A stretch of DNA of 64,000 nt. It comes from Patescibacteria group bacterium (GTDB lineage: Bacteria > Patescibacteriota > Minisyncoccia > Moranbacterales > GWC2-37-73). Every line of letters starts with the position of its first letter. The first letter of the stretch is position 1. Positions 19,824-28,591 of the stretch are shown here, piece by piece. The translations under genes and the position numbers were made by a program. The notes beneath the pieces were generated by a model. It saw nothing but the letters and a program-made list of their open reading frames with translations. It was not told where the DNA came from and did no database searches. The stretch lies in the NCBI GenBank assembly GCA_036391995.1, contig DASVYU010000015.1, positions 350 to 64,349 on the forward strand, read 5' to 3'.

Positions 19824-20435
19824 TTATTTTTTCTTCTTGACCTTTTTCCAATCTCCTTGATTAAATCTATTTCTTCCTAAAACGTGCCAGTCATGAACAT
19901 CGGACTTAGCAATCAAGCTCCAATATTTTTTTGCAGTTTCTGTATAAAGTTTCGGTTTAACAAGAACTTCTCTTGGTTTTATAAACTTATCAGAAATAGT
20001 TTGAATCCGCTGTTCCATGAGTTCAAGATTTACATCCAGATTATCAGCATCTTTTACGAGTTTTGCTTCGATTGATTCTCTTTTTTCATATTCTTTCCAA
20101 ACTTTAAGGAAATCTTCTTCCAAAACCGTACTTTCCAACATATCCCTTATAGCGAGCTCTTCTTTTAAATCAGCATATTGTCTTGAGATGTAATCCACCT
20201 CTCCAGTTCTGCTTTCTGTGATATCGTGAACAAGAGCCATCTTTAAAACTTTTTCTTCGTCTTTAACGCCTTCTTTCTTTGCAATAGCTAGAGCAATCCA
20301 AATAACTCTTAAAGTATGTTCAGCAACATTGGATGTTTCCGATTGAAAAAATCTTCTCCACATTCTGTTAATTAGACGAAGTTGGCCTATTTCATAGAAA
20401 AATTCAATATCTCTTTTTTCTTGTATTTTTTTCAT
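19824..20435 (-). CDS. HD-domain phosphohydrolase (YfbR/5'-deoxynucleotidase-like)
   Basis: NVAEH, ALVHDITE, KDADNLD. Confidence 0.8.
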   Translation of the reverse strand: MKKIQEKRDIEFFYEIGQLRLINRMWRRFFQSETSNVAEHTLRVIWIALAIAKKEGVKDEEKVLKMALVHDITESRTGEVDYISRQYADLKEELAIRDMLESTVLEEDFLKVWKEYEKRESIEAKLVKDADNLDVNLELMEQRIQTISDKFIKPREVLVKPKLYTETAKKYWSLIAKSDVHDWHVLGRNRFNQGDWKKVKKKK

Positions 20436-20439
20436 AGCG

Positions 20440-20925
20440 CTATTTTTCCAATTCTAAAAATGTATATTCAAAATTTTCGTCACTGCTTTTTCTTTCTGAA
20501 ACCACTTTGGTGAATTCTCCATATTCCGGAAAAAATGTGTCGGCATCAAAATCCTTTTCCACCACAGTAAGATATAGCTTATCAGCCATGCCGATCGTCT
20601 GCGCATACACACTGCCGCCACCACAGATAAAGATCTCTTCTTTTTCAATCTCCTTGGCTTTGGCAAAAACCTCCTCGAATGTGTGCGCCACAATCACCCC
20701 TTCCACCTGGAAAGCAGGATCATTGGTCAAGACTATGGTTGTGCGATTCGGCAAAGGCTTGCCGATGGATTCATATGTCTTCTGTCCCATGACGATCACA
20801 TGTCCAGACGTGGTCTCTTTGAAGTGCTTGAAATCCTCTGGGATATGCCATAGCAACTGGTTGTTTTTGCCTATCGCCCTGTTTCTGGCGATGGCGCAAA
20901 TGATGCTTATTTTAGGGGTATTCAT
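20440..20925 (-). CDS. folA: Dihydrofolate reductase
   Basis: IGKNNQLLWHIPEDFKHFK, MGQKTYESIGKPLPNR, GGGSVY. Confidence 0.96.
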   Translation of the reverse strand: MNTPKISIICAIARNRAIGKNNQLLWHIPEDFKHFKETTSGHVIVMGQKTYESIGKPLPNRTTIVLTNDPAFQVEGVIVAHTFEEVFAKAKEIEKEEIFICGGGSVYAQTIGMADKLYLTVVEKDFDADTFFPEYGEFTKVVSERKSSDENFEYTFLELEK

Positions 20926-21090
20926 GTTTTTTTGCCTTGCCTCGCCAAAGTCGCATGCGACGACGGCGGGATTTTCCTTGTGTTTTCCATGATATCATAC
21001 AAAAACCAGCATGGCAAAAGCGTTTTTGGCTTATCCACTGGCTAAAATAACAAGTATTTTGTATAATGGCCATACTTAAGACAAACCCTT

Positions 21091-21675
21091 ATGGATATTG
21101 AAATAACAAGCCTTATCGGCAGCGGACAGCTCATACCCTCAGATGACATAGGTAGGGTCGCAACGCTTCTCAAAGAAAATGGCCACAAAGTCGTCCTGAC
21201 GCAAGGAGTGTGGGATCTTATCCATGAAGGACATGCTCAATATCTTCAAAAAGCCAAGGCTCTCGGTGATGTCCTGATCGTAGGCGTCGACACGGATGAA
21301 GTCGTGAAATTCCGCAAGGGTCCTTCACGCCCGATCGTGCCAGAGCAAGAAAGGGTCAAAATGATTTCCCATTTGAAGCATGTCGACTTGATCGTCATGA
21401 AAGAATCCAAAACAGATCACGGTAAGCTTATCAGAGATATCCAACCCGACGTATTAGTGATTTCAGAATCAACTCCTCCCAACGTGAATGGCAAAAGCTT
21501 TCTTGAGGAGATATGCGAGGAGCACACCCCTTTCTGTAAGCAGATCGTCAACATGGAACCGCAATCGACGACTTCAACCACTGCACGCATCAGACTCCTG
21601 ACAATAAAAGGAGCTGAAGACTTAGCCAAGGAATTGCAGGAGGTTATAGCAAAATTCCTGTATAACAAAAAATAA
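21091..21675 (+). CDS. Cytidylyltransferase/adenylyltransferase (RfaE/TagD-like, HxGH)
   Basis: TQGVWDLIHEGH, VGVDTD, KGPSRP, STTARI. Confidence 0.85.
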   Translation: MDIEITSLIGSGQLIPSDDIGRVATLLKENGHKVVLTQGVWDLIHEGHAQYLQKAKALGDVLIVGVDTDEVVKFRKGPSRPIVPEQERVKMISHLKHVDLIVMKESKTDHGKLIRDIQPDVLVISESTPPNVNGKSFLEEICEEHTPFCKQIVNMEPQSTTSTTARIRLLTIKGAEDLAKELQEVIAKFLYNKK

Positions 21676-21690
21676 ATATTGCTCAAATAA

Positions 21691-22539
21691 ATGGCTGAAA
21701 AGAAGATACTCATAGCATTGGTTCCCGTCATTCATATCAGATATCTGGAATTATTCAAGAAATATCCGGATCATCTTTATATCCTAGACAATTCAATCTT
21801 GGAAAAATGGGAGCGCTTTGAAAATCTAAAAAGAGATCTGCGCACCATCAACCAGAATACTATTTGCAACCTCATCAAGAAATCTGGCATTTTCAAGGAA
21901 GTCGATCTTCTAACAGTCGACAGTCTGTCGGATATAGAAAAAGATGCTTCAATCGTCATGCCAGATGAGGATGTGTCACATTGGTTTGCGGAAAAATTCC
22001 TACCTGGCAGAAAAGTAGAATTTGAAAACGTATTCCTCAGATGGAATAAGCCTGTGTCTACTCAAGAACTGGAGGTTTCCAACGACAGGACAATCACAAG
22101 CGAAAAAGCCCATCAGGAACTAATCAATCAAGCCAAGGAGCTGCAAGAAAAAAGCGCCAATTGGTGGAGGCAGATCGGCACACTTGTCACAGACAATGAA
22201 GGTTCAGTGATTCTTTCAGCATTCAATAGACACGTACCAACACAAGAAAATATGGCGGTTTATGGAGACCTCAGGATGTGCTTTGATGCCGGCGAAAACC
22301 ATCATTTGTCTAATTCCATCCATGCCGAAGCATCCCTGATTGGAAAAGCTGCCAAAGAAGGAATCAGCCTCAACAACACAAATCTATACGTCACCACATT
22401 CCCCTGCCCAACTTGTGCCAAATTGATCGCAGAAGCAGGCATCAAGAAAGTATACTACGAAAGCGGCTATTCCCTTTCAGATGCGGAAGATGTCCTTAAG
22501 AATGCAGGGGTTGAATTTATTTTAGTTAAAGAAGCTTAA
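21691..22539 (+). CDS. dCMP-deaminase-family Zn deaminase with an extra ~130-aa N-terminal domain
   Basis: HAEASL...TTFPCPTCAKLI in the C-terminal half. Confidence 0.85.
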   Translation: MAEKKILIALVPVIHIRYLELFKKYPDHLYILDNSILEKWERFENLKRDLRTINQNTICNLIKKSGIFKEVDLLTVDSLSDIEKDASIVMPDEDVSHWFAEKFLPGRKVEFENVFLRWNKPVSTQELEVSNDRTITSEKAHQELINQAKELQEKSANWWRQIGTLVTDNEGSVILSAFNRHVPTQENMAVYGDLRMCFDAGENHHLSNSIHAEASLIGKAAKEGISLNNTNLYVTTFPCPTCAKLIAEAGIKKVYYESGYSLSDAEDVLKNAGVEFILVKEA

Positions 22540-22619
22540 CTTATATTAATTTACTTAAATAAAAAGAGCCCGTAAATCATAAGAGATTTCGGGCTCATTA
22601 AGTCAGGATTTATATTTCC

Positions 22620-23072
22620 TTAACCGACTCTTGTAAGCACAATTCCTTCATCACTAGCGACAATCAGCTGCGCATGCAGATGCTGCACTGTTGCGCCAGT
22701 CTTGCCGGTGCTGTCCGAGCGCATCAGCAATGTACTGTGAGTTATTCCCAGCTCTTGCTTCACTTTTTTAATGACATCCCAAAGATTCACAATTTCCTCT
22801 TGTGTCATTTCTTCAGGTGTCAGGATATGACGCTTGATAACCAAAACAAGATGCTCTTTAGTGTTGTCATACGGCCAAGCATTCCGAGTCGCGATCCAAG
22901 AATCATTTTCCACCAGTATCGGGTTGGAATGATAGGCTGGCTCTATTTTTTCAACAAAATCATGACAAAACGGACACACTCCGTCCGTGATGATTTTCTT
23001 CATCACATCAATCTGCTCCTCTTTGCGAGCATTGCTTAAATCCAGTCCGCTTTCATTCATATCTTCCCTCAT
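22620..23072 (-). CDS. HIT-superfamily protein (HxHxQ variant, CxxC)
   Basis: CPFC, NAWPY, HLVLV, TVQHLHAQL. Confidence 0.8.
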   Translation of the reverse strand: MREDMNESGLDLSNARKEEQIDVMKKIITDGVCPFCHDFVEKIEPAYHSNPILVENDSWIATRNAWPYDNTKEHLVLVIKRHILTPEEMTQEEIVNLWDVIKKVKQELGITHSTLLMRSDSTGKTGATVQHLHAQLIVASDEGIVLTRVG

Positions 23073-23078
23073 ATATTT

Positions 23079-24059
23079 TTATATTGGAGTTGGAATTTTA
23101 AACCAAGGCTCTGTCGGCTGATAATCTTCCAGCACGAAATCTTCCTTGCGGAAATCCTGGATCCTTGTCACTTCCCTATTCGGCTTCAGTTTCACTGTCG
23201 GAAATGCAGTCGGCTTTATGGACAAAATCTTATCTACTGATTCAGTCTGGACATCGTAATAGTGAGGGTTTGAAATAAAGTGCGTATATTTCGTAAATTT
23301 GTAACCCAGAAGATGTGCCACCATCAAACCAAGCGCAGACCATTCAATCAGATTCAGCTGCAAGCCGACTGGCACATCAGCCGAGCGCTGGGTATGCGTC
23401 ATTTCCAATTCTTTCTGCTTGTCAAAAAGCACGAAGTGCACGAAATTGCCATGGCAAGGCGCAACAACCACTTCTCGCTCGAATCCTTGTTCGGGATCAC
23501 CCATGGAAAGCGGCGGATTCCAAGTAGTCAGCACATGGGTGCGCAAGAATGGAGCTTTTTCCATTTGCCTCTGCACAGCAGTTACTTGATCGAATTCACC
23601 TTGAGATGTTTGAAAATGACCAAGGGAGCCACCGTAAGATCCATTACCCAAATCTCCTTCTTCCAAACCGAAGTTCGCACACTTCTCTTTCGTGACCCAA
23701 TCTTTCCAGAAAATTGATGGGCAGCCAAATTCCTTAAGGCCGCTCAAAGTGCTTTGTCCATTCAGAAATGCCACCAGTTCACCAATAGCTCCGTAGAATG
23801 ACTTGCTCAAATCTCGCTCAGTCAGAACAGGAAAGCCGTTGCTCATGTCATATTGCAGCATGTATCCCGTGATTTCTTTGGAATTCTGATGACCAGAATT
23901 AGCGTTCTCACTAAGCCTGGCGTGTATAGGCATTTTGTCTTTTCCTGTTGTCTTTATTTTTTTAAGTAACTCTTGATACTGGAAATCAGGAATTCTCTGC
24001 TCAAATGGCAAATAGTCAATGCCGCCCTCTGTTTTATTTTCAATTTCCCTGTTTTCCAT
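23079..24059 (-). CDS. thyA: Thymidylate synthase, divergent
   Basis: GFPVLT, GEL, APCH, QRSAD, LQLN, PHYY. Confidence 0.85.
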   Translation of the reverse strand: MENREIENKTEGGIDYLPFEQRIPDFQYQELLKKIKTTGKDKMPIHARLSENANSGHQNSKEITGYMLQYDMSNGFPVLTERDLSKSFYGAIGELVAFLNGQSTLSGLKEFGCPSIFWKDWVTKEKCANFGLEEGDLGNGSYGGSLGHFQTSQGEFDQVTAVQRQMEKAPFLRTHVLTTWNPPLSMGDPEQGFEREVVVAPCHGNFVHFVLFDKQKELEMTHTQRSADVPVGLQLNLIEWSALGLMVAHLLGYKFTKYTHFISNPHYYDVQTESVDKILSIKPTAFPTVKLKPNREVTRIQDFRKEDFVLEDYQPTEPWFKIPTPI

Positions 24060-24085
24060 ATTTTTCTCCTTTGTTTTTTAGCAAA

Positions 24086-24637
24086 TTATATATTCTGACT
24101 TATAATTTTGTCAATCTGCTCATACAACTCAGCATAAGTGCCGTTGTTGTCCAAAACATAGTCGGCATAATTCCTCAAATCAGGAATGGTCAATTCGGTT
24201 TCATATTGATGAGATGCCTTGAACTGATCAAATGTCATTAAGCCATCATTTGCCTTTTCCCTTCTTTCACTAACACGCTCATACCGCAGTTTCATATCGG
24301 CATCCACAAAAGCAAATTTGAATTCAGGAACTTGTCTCAAGAATGTCATGTCTTCAATTCGTCTGATGCCTTGCACAACCACGATATCAGCAGTATCCTC
24401 AACGGAATCGTGATACATGACTTTCGCCAGAATATCTTCCCCAAAATTCTTCCTAAGAGCAAAGGAAAGCGGCGTAAGATTCTCACGCGTTTTCTCAAGA
24501 TAAAGACGCTCTAAGATATCGCTCAATATCTGTGAAAAATTATGCGAGTGCGCACCATAAGTATTGACCAGATGTTTAGAGATAGCTTCCTTGCCACTTC
24601 CCATCTCTCCTGCAATTCCCAAAATAAGTTTCGCCAT
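24086..24637 (-). CDS. P-loop nucleoside-monophosphate kinase-like protein (dNMP/dephospho-CoA kinase fold)
   Basis: GIAGEMGSGK, QGIR, RYER, ADYVLDNNG. Confidence 0.75.
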   Translation of the reverse strand: MAKLILGIAGEMGSGKEAISKHLVNTYGAHSHNFSQILSDILERLYLEKTRENLTPLSFALRKNFGEDILAKVMYHDSVEDTADIVVVQGIRRIEDMTFLRQVPEFKFAFVDADMKLRYERVSERREKANDGLMTFDQFKASHQYETELTIPDLRNYADYVLDNNGTYAELYEQIDKIISQNI

Positions 24638-24667
24638 ATTGACTAGAAGTTATTACTAAGTACTCCC

Positions 24668-24696
24668 ATTGTACACATCAAAATACATCGAGTCAA
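24668..24696 (-). promoter_or_regulatory. Sigma-70-like promoter for kinase-thyA-HIT
   Basis: TTGACT-17 nt-TACAAT on the minus strand, just past the rplA terminator (24713-24740). Confidence 0.6.
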
Positions 24697-24763
24697 AGCC
24701 AAATTAGACCACAAAAAAGACGCCACGCAAGGCGTCTTTGGAAGTCTTGAAACTAATTTGCAA

Positions 24764-25441
24764 CTAGAGCTGCACTTTAATGGAAGGTCCCATTGTGGAG
24801 CAGACAGCGATCATAGTCACATATTTGCCTTTAGCTCCAGCTGGCTTGGCTTTCTGAAGAGCATCCATGAAAGCTTCGTAGTTTTCCTTGAGCTTGGCGG
24901 CATCAAAAGAAACTTTGCCGATTACTTGATGCACATTAGCCGTATTGTCATTCTTGAAGCTCATTTTGCCTTTCTTAAGCATCTCCACAGCCTCCTTGAT
25001 TTTGTCAGTCACTGTGTCAGTCTTAGGGCTTGGCATGAGTCCACGGGGTCCAAGGATTTTGGCCACCTGCGCCAATTTAGGCATCATTTCAGGCGAAGCC
25101 ACCAAAACATCAAAAGCTTCCGCTTTGCCATTTTTAATCTTTTCAATAAGTTCCTCTCCTCCTACGATGTCAGCTCCTGCATCCTGTGCATCCTTGGTTT
25201 TGCTTGAAGTCACAACTGCGATCTTTACAGCTTTACCAACTCCATGAGGCAAAACGACTGATCCACGAACTTGCTGATCGCCTTGCTTTGGATCGATAGC
25301 CAATTTTACATGCACTTCAACTGATTCATCAAACTTGGCGATTTTTGATTCGCGCACGAGCTGCATAGCCTCTTCAGCGCTGTACAACTTGTTGCTTTCG
25401 ATCTTTTCCGAGACTGCTCGGTACTTTTTTCCTCTCTTCAT
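24764..25441 (-). CDS. rplA: 50S ribosomal protein L1
   Basis: KFDESVEVH, LPHGVGK, LGPRGLMPSPK, STMGP; start MKRGKKY. Confidence 0.97.
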   Translation of the reverse strand: MKRGKKYRAVSEKIESNKLYSAEEAMQLVRESKIAKFDESVEVHVKLAIDPKQGDQQVRGSVVLPHGVGKAVKIAVVTSSKTKDAQDAGADIVGGEELIEKIKNGKAEAFDVLVASPEMMPKLAQVAKILGPRGLMPSPKTDTVTDKIKEAVEMLKKGKMSFKNDNTANVHQVIGKVSFDAAKLKENYEAFMDALQKAKPAGAKGKYVTMIAVCSTMGPSIKVQL

Positions 25442-25448
25442 AGTTTTT

Positions 25449-25487
25449 GCGTGGTACAAACGCCCCGATCCGTCAGAGCTCCCACAA
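25449..25487 (-). promoter_or_regulatory. Probable L1-binding autoregulatory RNA site between rplK and rplA
   Basis: Minus strand gugGGAG...GUACCac architecture just 5' of the rplA start. Confidence 0.55.
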
Positions 25488-25498
25488 AAAATAAATTA

Positions 25499-25924
25499 TT
25501 AGTCTTCAATCTTGATTCCCATTGAACGAGCTGTTCCTGCAATGATCTGCATTGCACCTTCCACATCGTTCGCATTGAGGTCAACCATCTTAGTCTTAGC
25601 GATCTCTTCCAGTTGAGCTTTGGTCACTTTGCCAACTTTGTCCTTAAGCGGATTGGCAGCTCCTTTGCCTGCGCCTGCGGCTTTCTTCAAGAGTTCAGCG
25701 GCTGGAGCAGTTTTCATGATAAAGTCGAATGAGCGATCTTCATACACTGTGATTTCCACTGGCACTACTTCACCCATCTTGTCCTTGGTTGCATCATTGA
25801 AGCGAGTGCAGAATTCCTGGATCGCAATACCGTGCTGACCAAGCACTGGTCCTACTGGAGGCGCTGGATTAGCTTTTCCTCCCACGATCTGGAGCTTGAT
25901 GACTACTTTTATTTTCTTTGCCAT
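25499..25924 (-). CDS. rplK: 50S ribosomal protein L11
   Basis: [22 protein letters not shown]. Confidence 0.98.
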   Translation of the reverse strand: MAKKIKVVIKLQIVGGKANPAPPVGPVLGQHGIAIQEFCTRFNDATKDKMGEVVPVEITVYEDRSFDFIMKTAPAAELLKKAAGAGKGAANPLKDKVGKVTKAQLEEIAKTKMVDLNANDVEGAMQIIAGTARSMGIKIED

Positions 25925-26042
25925 ATTCGTCTAATAAATCTTTAATTATATTTCAGGCCGAGCCGCATGGTTTTTTGCGAGAAGCAATCAGCGAATTTCC
26001 ACATAGGCCGATTTCGCAACTCCGCGCGGTTACCATCAAAAC

Positions 26043-26588
26043 TTACATCTTTCTTATCTGCAAAAAGTCCAGTTCCACAGGCGTTTCGCGTCCGAAGATG
26101 GAAACGAGAACTTTGACTTTGCCTTTCTCTTCATCAAATTCCTGCACTTTGCCATCGAAATCTTTGAATGGTCCATCATTGATCTTGACTGAATCACCAA
26201 CCTTGAGATCAATCTTGTATTTCGGCTCAGCCACACCCATGCGCCTCTTTAGCATCTCAATCTCAGCAGGATCCACAGGAGTAGGAGTTGTTCCAAGGCC
26301 GATGAATCCGGTCACATTAGGCGTGTTGCGCACCACATACCAGGAAGCATCCGTTACCATCATATCCACCAAGACATATCCAGGATAGATCTTTTCCTCC
26401 ACAGTCGTTCTCTTGCCATTCTTGATTTTTATTTTCTTCTCAGTCGGAACCATCACATCGAAGATGAGGTCTTGCATATCCATGGATTCAATACGCTGCT
26501 TCATGTTGCGAGCAACATTGTCCTCATAGCCAGAGTAGGTGTGGATCACATACCATGCGCGTCCGTGATGTTGGGTCTGCTTAGCCAT
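26043..26588 (-). CDS. nusG: Transcription termination/antitermination factor NusG
   Basis: WYVIHTYSGYE, YPGYVLV, IFGRETPVEL. Confidence 0.98.
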   Translation of the reverse strand: MAKQTQHHGRAWYVIHTYSGYEDNVARNMKQRIESMDMQDLIFDVMVPTEKKIKIKNGKRTTVEEKIYPGYVLVDMMVTDASWYVVRNTPNVTGFIGLGTTPTPVDPAEIEMLKRRMGVAEPKYKIDLKVGDSVKINDGPFKDFDGKVQEFDEEKGKVKVLVSIFGRETPVELDFLQIRKM

Positions 26589-26609
26589 TTTTGTAAATAT
26601 TATTTCTAA

Positions 26610-26798
26610 TTATTTGATAATGAATGTCTTCAAAATGTAACTGAAAACATAATCCAACCCTCCCAAAAGCAATGCCATTACCACACTGACAGAAACCACC
26701 AGGATCGTATAGTTGATTGCCTGTTTTTGAGTAGGCCAATTCACTTTCATAAGTTCAGCCTTGGCTTCTTGGAAAAATGTTACCACTTTGTTGGTCAT
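26610..26798 (-). CDS. secE: Preprotein translocase subunit SecE
   Basis: ELMKVNWPT plus TM helix, upstream of nusG. Confidence 0.93.
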   Translation of the reverse strand: MTNKVVTFFQEAKAELMKVNWPTQKQAINYTILVVSVSVVMALLLGGLDYVFSYILKTFIIK

Positions 26799-26906
26799 AT
26801 TTTTAGGGTTTTTTAAAAAGCCCTGGGGGCTTTCTTATGGCTTAAATATACAGCATAGCCGGTTTTTTGTCAATAATCAAAAAATCCCCTAACAGGGATC
26901 GTTTTG

Positions 26907-26980
26907 TGGGCTTACCAAGATTCGAACTTGGGACCTCGTCATTATCAGTGACGCGCTCTAACCAACTGAGCTATAAGCCC
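26907..26980 (-). tRNA. tRNA-Ile(GAT)
   Basis: GGGCTTATAGCTCAGTTGGTTAGAGCGCGTCACT-GAT-AATGACGAGGTCCCAAGTTCGAATCTTGGTAAGCCCA; CCA not encoded. Confidence 0.96.
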
Positions 26981-26998
26981 TTGAATGGGCACTTTTTG

Positions 26999-27071
26999 TG
27001 GACCGGACAGGACTCGAACCCGCTACCTCCTCAGTGCAAATGAGGCGCTCTACCAGGTGAGCTACCGGCCC
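26999..27071 (-). tRNA. tRNA-Ala(TGC)
   Basis: GGGCCGG...CCTCATT-TGC-ACTGAGG...GTTCGAGTC...CCGGTCCA with the G3:U70 identity pair. Confidence 0.96.
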
Positions 27072-27266
27072 TTATTTGCTACAAAAACTATTATACAAGA
27101 AAGAAAATATTTGTCCATACCCGCCTAAAACTCCTCTTGACATAGGGTGTATAATAAAGACAATATCCGAGGAATGCGAGGTTCTTTCACAACCTAAAAA
27201 GGAGGTGAGATCCTATTTAACATCTTAACTTCGCATTTCCTGACTCCCTCAATACCGAGGTCCGCC

Positions 27267-27587
27267 ATGAAAAACAAGAAAAATCGACTGAAAATGGCAT
27301 CCACGAAAAGAAGAGAATCCGCACGTCTAGACAATGCCGAGAAGGAGGACGAAACAAGAAGTGGGAGTATTGCGGGACAAATGGCTACCAACAAGTTCGT
27401 TCAGGGTCAAGATTGGCTACACAATCAAGTAAACAAAGGCCTTGAAAAAGCCGGCAAAGGAAACCCCGCACAAGATAGCCCTGAAACAAAGGCAATCTTG
27501 AGCCGTTTAAAACCCAAGCCTCATCCGGAACTCGCCTATGATGAGCCTGGTTTGTATCCAGACAAATCACAAATCTTCTCAAGATGA
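27267..27587 (+). CDS. Hypothetical protein (start uncertain, possibly 27381)
   Basis: Open frame followed by a hairpin at 27591-27620; no recognisable motif. Confidence 0.45.
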   Translation: MKNKKNRLKMASTKRRESARLDNAEKEDETRSGSIAGQMATNKFVQGQDWLHNQVNKGLEKAGKGNPAQDSPETKAILSRLKPKPHPELAYDEPGLYPDKSQIFSR

Positions 27588-27643
27588 AACAGAAGCCCGA
27601 CGCAACAGCGCCGGGCTTCATCAAATTCCAAGACTTACAAGAC

Positions 27644-28573
27644 TTATTTGGCTAAATATTTCTGAATGCTTTGCGCTGCAATTGCACCTTCGGCTGCAGC
27701 CGTCACGATCTGCTTGAATTTATTCGAGCCCGTCGTAATGTCACCAGCCGCCCAAACTCCCTTGCGGCTTGTTTTTCCGTCAGGCTGCACGACGATGTAG
27801 CCATCAGCATCGACTTCTATTTCCAGATCCTTTGCCAGATCAACGTTAGGATCAGCCCCTATCTCCACGAATACTCCGTCAATTTTCAGCGTTTCGCTCC
27901 CTTCATGAGGACTGTCCAGCTCGACTTCTTCAAGCTTTTCAGCGCCTTTGATTTCCTTGATGTTGGTATTGTACAACACTTTCACCTTCGGATTTTTCTC
28001 AATGGCATTCATCCAAAAACTTTCACACCTCAACTTTTCACCGCGATATATGACATATACTTTTTCAGCTATATCTGCCAAATAGACAGCTGCTCCAGCC
28101 GCGCTATCATTGCCTCCCACGACAGCCACTGTCTTGCCACGATAGAAAAATCCATCGCATGTCGCGCAATACGAAACTCCCTTGCCGGAAAATTCTTTCT
28201 CTCCTGGCACACCCAAATGGCGATGCTTTGTGCCCATAGCCAAAATAATCGAGCGTGCTTCTATTTTTTTGCCATTACTCAAGAATAAGGTAAACATACC
28301 ATTTTCTTCCGTGATCTCATCCACCAAGGCTGTTTCCATTTGAGCTTCCAAACTCTTGGCATGTTCCATTGCATCCTGTGCGAACTGGAATCCTGCAACG
28401 TTTTTCGTGCCAAGCCAGTTGCCTATCTCATGAGTCTGAGAAGCTGCACCGCCCGCAATACCACCAATTATCACATTCTTCAGTCCATAACGAGAAGCAT
28501 AGACTGAAGCGGAAAGCCCAGCTGGACCAGCTCCAACAATCGCAATATCAAATTGTTTTTTTTCATCAGTCAT
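27644..28573 (-). CDS. trxB: Thioredoxin reductase
   Basis: GAGPAG, GVSYCATCDG, VGGNDSA, AAGD. Confidence 0.93.
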   Translation of the reverse strand: MTDEKKQFDIAIVGAGPAGLSASVYASRYGLKNVIIGGIAGGAASQTHEIGNWLGTKNVAGFQFAQDAMEHAKSLEAQMETALVDEITEENGMFTLFLSNGKKIEARSIILAMGTKHRHLGVPGEKEFSGKGVSYCATCDGFFYRGKTVAVVGGNDSAAGAAVYLADIAEKVYVIYRGEKLRCESFWMNAIEKNPKVKVLYNTNIKEIKGAEKLEEVELDSPHEGSETLKIDGVFVEIGADPNVDLAKDLEIEVDADGYIVVQPDGKTSRKGVWAAGDITTGSNKFKQIVTAAAEGAIAAQSIQKYLAK

Positions 28574-28591
28574 ATTAGTCCTTTTTTACTT

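Noticed and set aside
23079-24059. dCMP hydroxymethylase (phage-type modified cytosine)
   Set aside because: The specificity residue is Asn (LQLN), as in dUMP-acting enzymes, and DHFR is in the same cluster.
26907-27640. Prophage or island integrated at the tRNAs
   Set aside because: No integrase and no duplicated tRNA 3' end were seen.
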